Of a stretch of DNA of 64,000 bases, positions 51,947 through 59,858 are shown one piece after another. A program made the position numbers and the translations under genes. Source of the stretch: an uncultured Cytophagia bacterium (lineage in GTDB: Bacteria > Zhuqueibacterota > Zhuqueibacteria > Oceanimicrobiales > Oceanimicrobiaceae); NCBI GenBank assembly GCA_964539665.1, contig CAZIKB010000001.1, positions 100,014-164,013 of the forward strand, written 5' to 3'. Each line of letters starts with the position of its first letter. The stretch's first letter is position 1. The notes under the pieces were generated by a model. It was not told the DNA's origin, did no database searches, and saw only the letters and a list, made by a program, of their open reading frames with translations.

Positions 51947-53131
51947 ATGCGTCAACTCCAAAAGCTCCAATCAAAAATCCAAAAGTTAGGTGTTGGCTTG
52001 ATGTCGGGTACCTCTGTTGATGGGGTGGACGCCGCATTGGTCAACATTCAAAATAATGGCTTAGAAATAAAACGTGAACTTGTACACTTTTTAACATTCC
52101 CATATCCGGATGGCATAAAGGAAACGATCTTAGATTGTTCAATTCCGGGTAGAGGCAGCGTTGACAAGATATGCCGGTTAAATTTTCTTTTGGGAGAAGT
52201 TTTTGCCGAAGCGGTTATGGCGCTTCTGGATACTGCGAATATCAAGCGCGATCAAGTAGATTTTATCGGTTCCCACGGCCAAACAGTACACCATCTTCCG
52301 GAAGAAAAACAGCTTTTTGATTATAAAATCAAGTCTACTTTACAGTTGGGCGAGCCATCGGTAATTGCGAAAAGAACCGGGATTGTTACTGTGGCCGACT
52401 TTCGACCTGCAGACCTCGCTCTGGGTGGGCAAGGCGCGCCCCTGGTTCCCTATTTTGATTATGTGATGTTCAGGTCAGCATTTAAAAACAGGGCGCTGTT
52501 AAACATTGGAGGAATTGCAAATCTCACTGTTTTGAAAAAAAACGGTCGAATAGAGGAAATCATTGCCCTTGACACCGGCCCGGGTAATATGGTGATTGAT
52601 GCATTAATGCGGAAGATGTTCAGGCTCCCTTTTGATAAAGACGGGCAGATTGCTCAAACCGGACAGGTTTCTCTGGAACTGCTTTTGTTCGCTTTAAGCC
52701 ATCCATATTTTAAAAAACATCCGCCAAAATCAACCGGACGAGAGCAATTTGGTACGTCCTTTTGTGAAGAATTGTTTGAAAAATCAAACCACCTTGATTT
52801 GAAATCAAATGATATAATTGTAACAGCTTCGGAAATTACCGCACATACAATTTGGCAAGCATATCAACATTTTGTTGCTCCCATAATTGTAGTTGACGAA
52901 TTGATTGTCAGCGGCGGCGGCAGCAATAATTTGTATTTGATGGAGTCTTTGCGTCAAAAAGCCGATAATATGTTTATAAAACGTATCGATGAATATGGCA
53001 TTCCCACCGAAGCCAAGGAGGCGGTTTGTTTTGCACTATTAGCTAACGAAACACTATCAGGGAATGACAACAATGTTCCTGACGCGACAGGTGCTAAGCA
53101 CCCAACAATTTTAGGAAAAATATGTTTATAG
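51947..53131 (+). CDS. anmK: anhydro-N-acetylmuramic acid kinase
   Basis: N-terminal GLMSGTSVDGVDAALV and a GPGN segment. Start moved from the TTG at 51938 to the ATG at 51947. Confidence 0.9.
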   Translation: MRQLQKLQSKIQKLGVGLMSGTSVDGVDAALVNIQNNGLEIKRELVHFLTFPYPDGIKETILDCSIPGRGSVDKICRLNFLLGEVFAEAVMALLDTANIKRDQVDFIGSHGQTVHHLPEEKQLFDYKIKSTLQLGEPSVIAKRTGIVTVADFRPADLALGGQGAPLVPYFDYVMFRSAFKNRALLNIGGIANLTVLKKNGRIEEIIALDTGPGNMVIDALMRKMFRLPFDKDGQIAQTGQVSLELLLFALSHPYFKKHPPKSTGREQFGTSFCEELFEKSNHLDLKSNDIIVTASEITAHTIWQAYQHFVAPIIVVDELIVSGGGSNNLYLMESLRQKADNMFIKRIDEYGIPTEAKEAVCFALLANETLSGNDNNVPDATGAKHPTILGKICL

Positions 53132-53180
53132 GATTATGTCTTGCCAGAAGCGAAATATTACACTAATATAAATATTGGAC

Positions 53181-53209
53181 TTGACTTAGGAATTCTGTTT
53201 ATTTATATT
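53181..53209 (+). promoter_or_regulatory. candidate sigma70-type promoter of the cNMP-binding protein / AI-2E transporter pair
   Basis: TTGACT (53181-53186), 17-nt spacer, TATATT (53204-53209), 33 nt upstream of the ATG at 53242. Sequence match only. Confidence 0.45.
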
Positions 53210-53241
53210 TGAATTCATTTAAAGAATAAGTATGTAAACCG

Positions 53242-53814
53242 ATGTTAAATAACGAAAAAGACCAGAATTCCATCTTCAAATTCCACGCGGGAGACGCTCT
53301 GTGGAGTAATATATTTAAGAAGAAAAACAGTAAAATTGAAAGCAGTATTTCCATTCTAAAAAAAGTTCCGCTTTTTAATGGACTGCGCAAATCTAACCTG
53401 TATGAATTTGAAAAAATTATGCATCGCCGCCGTTTCAAAGAAAATGAAACGATTTTTTGGGAAGGCGAACCCGGAGTAGGAATGTACATAATTCAGGAAG
53501 GATTGGTGGCAATATATAAGGATACTGCTGGAAGTGAAAAAGAAGAATTAGCGCGGTTAAGCCAAGGAGAATTTTTCGGAGAGCTGGCATTGTTGGATGA
53601 GTCCCCTCGTTCTGCAACCGCCACCGCTCTGGAGGACACAAAAATCCTTGGATTATTCCGGCCGGATCTTATGGAGCTTATTGATCGAAAACCCTTAATG
53701 GGAAATAAGGTTTTGTTTCAGCTCGCACTTTTAATCGGCGAAAGATTGAAACACACAAACGAAGAACTGCAAACACTCTGGTCAAAAGTAGAAAAATCCA
53801 AAATCATTACGTAA
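53242..53814 (+). CDS. stand-alone cyclic nucleotide-binding domain protein
   Basis: 190 aa with cNMP-binding signature GEFFGELALLDESPRSATATA. No HTH or other output domain visible. Confidence 0.8.
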   Translation: MLNNEKDQNSIFKFHAGDALWSNIFKKKNSKIESSISILKKVPLFNGLRKSNLYEFEKIMHRRRFKENETIFWEGEPGVGMYIIQEGLVAIYKDTAGSEKEELARLSQGEFFGELALLDESPRSATATALEDTKILGLFRPDLMELIDRKPLMGNKVLFQLALLIGERLKHTNEELQTLWSKVEKSKIIT

Positions 53815-53818
53815 GAAA

Positions 53819-54886
53819 ATGGAAAATCCCGCCCAGGTCCTGACAGTTAAATTCAACCCGAAATCGGTAAAGAAAATCGTACGGTGGAGCATTTTTATTG
53901 TGGCCTTTTTGGCGCTGCTGGCGATTCTTCCAGCTATTAAGTCCATCATTATTATTATTCTGAGTGCATTTTTTTTTGCATTCCTACTTTTCCCCCTGGT
54001 TAATTTTATAGAAAACCGGGGAGCTGACCGGTTATTGGCTGTGGCGGTTGTTTTTGTTGCCATGGTACTTATCGGTATACTGGGCTTTGAATTACTCGCG
54101 CCTGTTATCTCGAATGAAATTCAGCAAATGAACGCGGGAATAAAAGATCAGTCACCCGGGGAGGTTTTGCGGCAATTGTACGAAAAGGTCGGCGATAAGA
54201 TACCAATTTTAGCCAACCCGGGAATACAGGAGGAGATTAATTTACAGATTAGTTCTCTGTTACAGAATAGTTTTTCAATGGTCGTAAGTATCCTTTCAGC
54301 CTTTATCTCGATTATTATGACGGCTTTTATAACGTTCTTTTTATTAAAAGACGGACGTCGTATGAAAAAAACAGTAGTGAGCTGGGTACCAAACCGGTAT
54401 TTTGAAATGGCTTTAATTATCCTGCACAAAACCAGTAACCAATTGGGCCGGTATATCCGCGGCCAACTGTTGGTAGCGTTTATAGTTGGGGCGTTGAGTA
54501 TTTCCGCACTCTATCTTTTAAATATTCGTTACTATTTTTTCATTGGCGCCATGGCTGGCCTGGCAAATATGATTCCTTATTTTGGGCCTTTGGTAGGAGC
54601 AATTCCAGCAGTTATTATTGCACTGATTGATACAGGTTCTTTTGGCGCTGTGGCAGTGGTTGCCGTCGCTTTTGCCAGTATTCAATTGTTCGAAAATATA
54701 TTTGTGTCACCCTTTATTGTTTCCAAAAGCGTGGAGCTGCACCCTTTAACCATTATCATTGTGATTTTAATTGGTGGAAAACTTATGGGGATTTTCGGTA
54801 TGCTGCTCGCGGTGCCGACAGCCAGCATCATTAAAGTTACTGCCCGGGAAATTATTTGGGGATTTAAAAATTATCGGATTTTGTAA
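53819..54886 (+). CDS. AI-2E family transporter (PerM/YhhT-like permease)
   Basis: 355 aa, polytopic, with the characteristic IPYFGPLVGAIPAV segment. Starts 4 nt after the cNMP-binding gene. Confidence 0.85.
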   Translation: MENPAQVLTVKFNPKSVKKIVRWSIFIVAFLALLAILPAIKSIIIIILSAFFFAFLLFPLVNFIENRGADRLLAVAVVFVAMVLIGILGFELLAPVISNEIQQMNAGIKDQSPGEVLRQLYEKVGDKIPILANPGIQEEINLQISSLLQNSFSMVVSILSAFISIIMTAFITFFLLKDGRRMKKTVVSWVPNRYFEMALIILHKTSNQLGRYIRGQLLVAFIVGALSISALYLLNIRYYFFIGAMAGLANMIPYFGPLVGAIPAVIIALIDTGSFGAVAVVAVAFASIQLFENIFVSPFIVSKSVELHPLTIIIVILIGGKLMGIFGMLLAVPTASIIKVTAREIIWGFKNYRIL

Positions 54887-54954
54887 AGAATTTTTGTTGA
54901 ACCTTTCAGGGATTACTGCAATAATTATTTACTACGCAAGAAGCCTGCTTTATT

Positions 54955-54974
54955 GGACGCTGATTTTCACTGAT
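54955..54974 (-). repeat. short GC-rich intergenic mini-repeat, copy B
   Basis: Plus strand reads GGACGCTGATTTTCACTGAT. Its reverse complement ATCAGTGAAAATCAGCGTCC resembles copy A at 51821-51840. Confidence 0.45.
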
Positions 54975-55148
54975 GTCCACAGTCTGTGTAATGTAGTATT
55001 TAGGCAAGTTAATCGCACACGCCAGGCCGACCAGCAGGTAGTTTTGTTTCAGCAGAGAAAAGTTATTTTAATTTGCAATCTAACAATTTATATTGTAATT
55101 TACATTTGAAGGTAAATTATAATATATCTTTAACTAGAAGGTGCATTA

Positions 55149-55373
55149 ATGTCTAGAATTACTGTCGACCAAAATGTATGTCACGGCAAAGCCTGCATTG
55201 AAGAAACACGAATACCCGTACACATTATTCTTGAACTTTTAGCCGCAGGTGAGACTACTGAGAATGTCCTTGTAGCCTATCCGCATCTAAAAAAAGAAGA
55301 TATTCTTGCCTGTATTGATTACGCTGCTAAGTTAGCAACAGAAGAAGTGGTATATGAAGCACAAGCTGTCTAA
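55149..55373 (+). CDS. DUF433 domain protein (putative antitoxin)
   Basis: 74 aa. ITVDQNVCHGKACIEETRIPVHIILELLAAGET fits the DUF433 pattern. Its stop overlaps the next ATG (TAATG). Confidence 0.8.
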   Translation: MSRITVDQNVCHGKACIEETRIPVHIILELLAAGETTENVLVAYPHLKKEDILACIDYAAKLATEEVVYEAQAV

Positions 55374-55729
55374 TGGAATTCCTAACCGACGAAAATGTTT
55401 TTGTCCCTATCGTTGAAAGTTTGAGGAAGTTGGGTCATGACGTTTTTGATATAAAAGAACAGAAATTATTTGGTACCGATGACCTCGATATTTATAAAAT
55501 GTCCATAGAACAGAAACGCGTTCTTCTGACCATGGATAAAGATTTCTCCAACATAATAAAATACCCTCCTGGTGTTCATTCAGGTATCATAGTATTAAAG
55601 CTTTATCGACTGACCGTTGAAGTCGTTACTACAATATTCATGAATTCTTTTAAAGCACTTGATGAGATTAATATAAAGGGTAATACAGTAATCATAGATA
55701 AGAACAAAACACGGGTCAGGCGCAAATAA
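55373..55729 (+). CDS. DUF5615 family PIN-like protein (putative toxin)
   Basis: 118 aa with MEFLTDENV...LRKLGHDV...VLLTMDKDFSN...GIIVLKL, the usual partner of DUF433. Confidence 0.75.
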   Translation: MEFLTDENVFVPIVESLRKLGHDVFDIKEQKLFGTDDLDIYKMSIEQKRVLLTMDKDFSNIIKYPPGVHSGIIVLKLYRLTVEVVTTIFMNSFKALDEINIKGNTVIIDKNKTRVRRK

Positions 55730-56042
55730 CTTAGACGATTAATCTTTCACAATTTATTCATAAAGGTCAATTTTATAAGCCCATTTTTCTAAGTGTACCG
55801 TACTTGAATGGTTATTACTATAAATATAGTAATGAAATAATTAATAGCAAGGAGCGTGAAAATGGGATAATTTGACCTCTAATGCCAGATTTATAAATGT
55901 ACGTTCAGCTAACTTTCCCAGATTCCAGTCTCGTCCTATTCGCAACTCGTATATTCTATCACGATACTCATGATGCTAATTTTTCTAATCTTAGGTGGAA
56001 ATTACAATACTAATTATTTTTTGTGTGAAAGAAGAGAACTCT

Positions 56043-56252
56043 TCAAAAATCGGGTGTCCAACTTTTGGACAGCCTCCTTTTGTTTCTCAAAATGTAAATG
56101 AATTTCTCACTATTTTTATGTGGACACAGTCCCTGATTATATGGAGACAAACCAAGCCTGTTTATCGCCAACGGCTCCGCCCCCAAAAACCATCCAATCT
56201 CCGGATCATAATACCTGGCGCCAAAATAATGCCAATCCTTTGAATTCGCTCA
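56043..56252 (-). pseudogene. orphan remnant of an RHS/YD-repeat protein core (no start codon, bounded by stops)
   Basis: Minus-strand frame between TGA at 56252-56250 and TGA at 56045-56043 reads ANSKDWHYFGARYYDPEIGWFLGAEPLAINRLGLSPYN... The YFGARYYDPxxGxF..xxP segment is the signature start of the RHS repeat-associated core. Confidence 0.55.
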
Positions 56253-56328
56253 GGACGAAAAAGACTGGTAACTAAACGGGCTGAAAAAAATGCAGTTAAC
56301 TTCTCCGTATTTAGTTTTTCAGCAGCCG

Positions 56329-57222
56329 CTAAATAAAATTTGCCCCTTGTTTTTCAATTTCAGCAATTAATACCCGGGCTTTTATATTCAGTTCCCGGCT
56401 CTTCGTTATCCAGCTATTCTGCAATTGCTTACCATCACCTTTTGTTAAGCCCGCAATTGTTGAGCCGGAGCCGCTGATGTACACCCCAAGCGCTCCATTC
56501 TGGTAGCCAGCTTTTTCAAATTCATGGTAGCCGGCAATTGATTTTCCACGGAAAGGCTGATGCAGTTTATCCTGCATGGCAGTTTTGAGTATATCGTAAT
56601 CCCGGGAGATAAATGCATAGACTAACATGGCGCTTCTTTGTAAATTAAAAACAGCATCCTGGTGCGGAACGGTATCGGGTAATTCGCTTCGAGCTTTGTT
56701 CGTTGAAATGGTTAAATCAGGGATAAGCAACACCGTTTTTATTTTCTCATCTACTTCTACTTTTCGGGTAATCACTTTTCCATTCTCGACACAATTGATT
56801 GTGAGCCCGCCAAATAGAGAAGAAGCGGCGTTTTCAGGATGACCTTCAATTTCATTAACCAGAGATAATATTTCTGGCGCTGATAGTTCTGTATTGGATA
56901 GTTTTGATGCACACATTATTCCTGCTACGGTCGCTGCCCCCGAGCTTCCCAAGCCTCGAAAAAGCGGAATTTGGGTTTCAATTTTAATTTCGAGACCAGG
57001 TACGTCTTTGCCAATTTTTTTGTAAAAGGTTTGTGCCGATTTATAAATGAGATTGTCTTCGTTTGTTGGAATATCAGAACAGCCTTCACCAGAAATAAAA
57101 ATTTGCAATCCCTGAGGAATCACTCTCATCTCAACGAAAAGATATAATTGGAGCGCCATGCCAATGCTATCAAAGCCTGAACCTAAATTGGAAGTAGATG
57201 CCGGGACCTGGATTTTAACCAT
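56329..57222 (-). CDS. thrB: homoserine kinase
   Basis: 297 aa with VPASTSNLGSGFDS and GHMP motif PLFRGLGSSGAATVAG. Confidence 0.88.
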   Translation of the reverse strand: MVKIQVPASTSNLGSGFDSIGMALQLYLFVEMRVIPQGLQIFISGEGCSDIPTNEDNLIYKSAQTFYKKIGKDVPGLEIKIETQIPLFRGLGSSGAATVAGIMCASKLSNTELSAPEILSLVNEIEGHPENAASSLFGGLTINCVENGKVITRKVEVDEKIKTVLLIPDLTISTNKARSELPDTVPHQDAVFNLQRSAMLVYAFISRDYDILKTAMQDKLHQPFRGKSIAGYHEFEKAGYQNGALGVYISGSGSTIAGLTKGDGKQLQNSWITKSRELNIKARVLIAEIEKQGANFI

Positions 57223-57226
57223 CAGA

Positions 57227-57808
57227 CTAAATTTTCCTGCTGCCCGGTTTCACCAAAGGAACGCCTTTTTTGCAAAGTCTGCATTCTTCTGGAGGCATTG
57301 CTTCAATATTCAGGGCAATTAGTGAAAACAATTCGAAGCTAAATTCCGGTTGCTTTGCGCTTCTGTCAACAAGGCAGCCCACGCCTACTGGTTTGCCTCC
57401 GCAAGTTTCTACTAACTCCAGAACTTCGTTTACCGAACCACCAGTGGTAATTACATCTTCCACTACTAAGACCCTTTCGCCGTCCTGTATTTTGAAGCCC
57501 CGGCGCAGAGCCATTTTCCCATTTTCTCTTTCAGAAAACAGCGCCCTTACATTTAAGGAACGTGCGACCTCATGTGCAACCACGATTCCGCCTATGGCCG
57601 GCGCCAATACTGCACCGACATTTTGATCAATAAAATGTTTGCCGATTTGTGAGCATAATTTTTCAGCAATCTCAGGACGCTGTAAAACTTTTGCGCACTG
57701 AAAATATTGTTCGCTGTGCAGACCCGAAGTGAGTAAAAAGTGTCCCGTTAACAGTGCGTCGGTCTTTTTAAAGATCTCTAAAATTTCTGTGTCTTTCATG
57801 TTTTTCAC
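57227..57808 (-). CDS. pyrE: orotate phosphoribosyltransferase
   Basis: 193 aa with GHFLLTSGLHS and PRPP-binding VLVVEDVITTGGS. Confidence 0.9.
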   Translation of the reverse strand: MKNMKDTEILEIFKKTDALLTGHFLLTSGLHSEQYFQCAKVLQRPEIAEKLCSQIGKHFIDQNVGAVLAPAIGGIVVAHEVARSLNVRALFSERENGKMALRRGFKIQDGERVLVVEDVITTGGSVNEVLELVETCGGKPVGVGCLVDRSAKQPEFSFELFSLIALNIEAMPPEECRLCKKGVPLVKPGSRKI

Positions 57809-57832
57809 CCGATAAATTTTACTCTGGATATT

Positions 57833-58654
57833 CTATGAGTGTTTTTCGTCACGGACTCTATTTATTTCATCTCTGAGAAGCTCGGCTTCTCGTTTTGCTG
57901 CCTCGGCAAAATCGTTCCCACTCGATTTATAAATTATGCTTCGACTGCTGTTAAATAACGCTAATTGACCAGCATTATCTGTACCCTGCAATACGGCTTC
58001 CTTTAGATCCCCACCTTGCGCCCCCAAACCTGGAATTAAAAAAGGTAATTCAGGAGCAGCATTTCTAATCGATTTAAGTTCACCAGGTTTAGTTGCTCCA
58101 ACAACTAATCCACAGTTCTGATGGATGTTCCACGATTGAACCTGTTCAAGAACCTGGGTAAAAAGCGTCTTTGAGCCATTCGAGAAATATTGAAAATCCT
58201 TTGCGCCGGGATTAGAGGTCAGGCAAAGAATAAACGCTCCTTTTTCTGGCCATTGTAAAAAGGGTGCAACAGAATCTTTACCCAAATACGGATTAACTGT
58301 GACGGCGTCAAAGTTCAATTTTTCAAGAATAGCGCGAGCGTACATATCCGAAGTATTGCCTATATCGGCTCGTTTGGCGTCGGCTAATTTGAGAATATTT
58401 GATGGAATGATTTCAACCAGCTTTTCCAAAGACGCCCAACCATGTGAGCCTTCTGCCTCAAAAAAGGCAAAATTTATTTTGAAGGCCGCTGCTGCATGCT
58501 TTGTGCTCTCAATAATTTCTGAACAAAACTTAAACTGCGGGTCAGGATGTGATCTAATGCTGTCAGGCATTCGGTTAATATCCGGATCTAAACCAACACA
58601 GAGCAAGCTGTTTTGATTATTGGTTACTTGAGCAATTCGTTGATAAAAAGTCAT
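57833..58654 (-). CDS. pyrF: orotidine 5'-phosphate decarboxylase (long type 2 form)
   Basis: 273 aa with LCVGLDPD and KLADAKRADIGNT motifs. Confidence 0.88.
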   Translation of the reverse strand: MTFYQRIAQVTNNQNSLLCVGLDPDINRMPDSIRSHPDPQFKFCSEIIESTKHAAAAFKINFAFFEAEGSHGWASLEKLVEIIPSNILKLADAKRADIGNTSDMYARAILEKLNFDAVTVNPYLGKDSVAPFLQWPEKGAFILCLTSNPGAKDFQYFSNGSKTLFTQVLEQVQSWNIHQNCGLVVGATKPGELKSIRNAAPELPFLIPGLGAQGGDLKEAVLQGTDNAGQLALFNSSRSIIYKSSGNDFAEAAKREAELLRDEINRVRDEKHS

Positions 58655-58678
58655 TTAGATTAAACCATTTTTACATTA

Positions 58679-59602
58679 TTAATGTTCACCCAGGTACAAT
58701 TTCTCACCAGCGGTTATTTTAATAGGTAAACGATTTTGCCTTGGCGGTAAAGGACAAGTCGCAAAGGCTGAAAAAGCACACGGGGGATTATGGGCTTGAT
58801 TAAAATCGATTATCGTTTTACCGTCCTTGGCCGGTTTATCTACAAAAAGAAAGCGTCCACCGCCATAAGTTTCTACACCTGTTGTCTTGTCGGCGAAGAT
58901 CACAAACAATTTTTTATCTGTTTCTTCGGCAACCGCATCTAAGGTGTACGTTTTACCCTGAATTTTAAAAACAAGAGTGCCGGGAGAGGTCTGATTTCGA
59001 GTGGTGCCTAACACGGTGGATATTGGAATTTTTTTCCGAACTTCATCAGGTTTAAGAATCGCTTCAACTTTCCAGGTTGGGTCAATGGAATAAGTTTCGA
59101 TGCCTTTAAATTGCTTTAATTGCGGGCTTTCAAAATCTCGAAGCCTTACAGCCAACTTTCCGTCCCGCTTAATAATAAACCAGCTCAGAGTTTCATGTGT
59201 TAAAATTGTTGGCTTGTCTTCCTGGTCAATTCGCATCCTCATTTTTAATATCGGTTCACCATTATGTGCAACCTGTATTCCCTTGTTTATAGAAATATTA
59301 ACTTCGCCATTATTAAGCACAAAAGAGCCAATGAAATGCGCCGCCTTGCCATCTGGAAAAACAATATCGTTTGCCGGATCGCTGCCAAAAGAATTATCAC
59401 CGTCCTTCAACCAGTAAAGACCGGCCAAATTCAGCCAGCCCTTTTTACTCTTCAGTTGCTCAATACGATTTTGCTGCCACTTCTGAATCGCGGTAGTATA
59501 AGCTTTATCAGTGTTTTGATCAGATGCACATGAAATGCAGTTAACGAGGATTGATATACAGATTAACAGAATAATATATTTAAGATAATTTTTGATATTC
59601 AT
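58679..59602 (-). CDS. DUF1684 domain-containing protein
   Basis: 307 aa with a signal/lipoprotein-like N-terminus and the hallmark C-terminus NPPCAFSAFATCPLPPRQNRLPIKITAGEK. Confidence 0.85.
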   Translation of the reverse strand: MNIKNYLKYIILLICISILVNCISCASDQNTDKAYTTAIQKWQQNRIEQLKSKKGWLNLAGLYWLKDGDNSFGSDPANDIVFPDGKAAHFIGSFVLNNGEVNISINKGIQVAHNGEPILKMRMRIDQEDKPTILTHETLSWFIIKRDGKLAVRLRDFESPQLKQFKGIETYSIDPTWKVEAILKPDEVRKKIPISTVLGTTRNQTSPGTLVFKIQGKTYTLDAVAEETDKKLFVIFADKTTGVETYGGGRFLFVDKPAKDGKTIIDFNQAHNPPCAFSAFATCPLPPRQNRLPIKITAGEKLYLGEH

Positions 59603-59858
59603 TTGATATTTCCTGTTCAGTGAGTTTAAGAATTAATAGTACCCTGAATTATTCACAACATTGTTGACAAACATTGCACGTAGAATTTAAACAATTCATA
59701 TAAATAGTCAATAAAAATAATCAGGATTTTACTTTACTTATTTGATAAATTATGTTATTATTGTAAAATAATGTTAGAAATCACAGTAGACAACAATCAT
59801 TACATGGTGGTTCTACAGAAATGTTTTTTAATGACATTAATTATTAAAGGAATATTCT

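Noticed and set aside
53199-53489. 96-aa minus-strand ORF overlapping the cNMP-binding gene start and its promoter
   Set aside because: It is antisense to a gene with a clear cNMP-binding signature and has low-complexity F/L/S composition.
54771-55109. 112-aa plus-strand ORF overlapping the AI-2E gene end and the following spacer
   Set aside because: It is out of frame with a well-supported transporter gene and runs through a GC-rich mini-repeat. No motifs.
55995-56243. 82-aa plus-strand ORF in the islet
   Set aside because: It has no recognisable features. The opposite strand of the same segment carries the RHS-core signature, so this is most likely a shadow frame.
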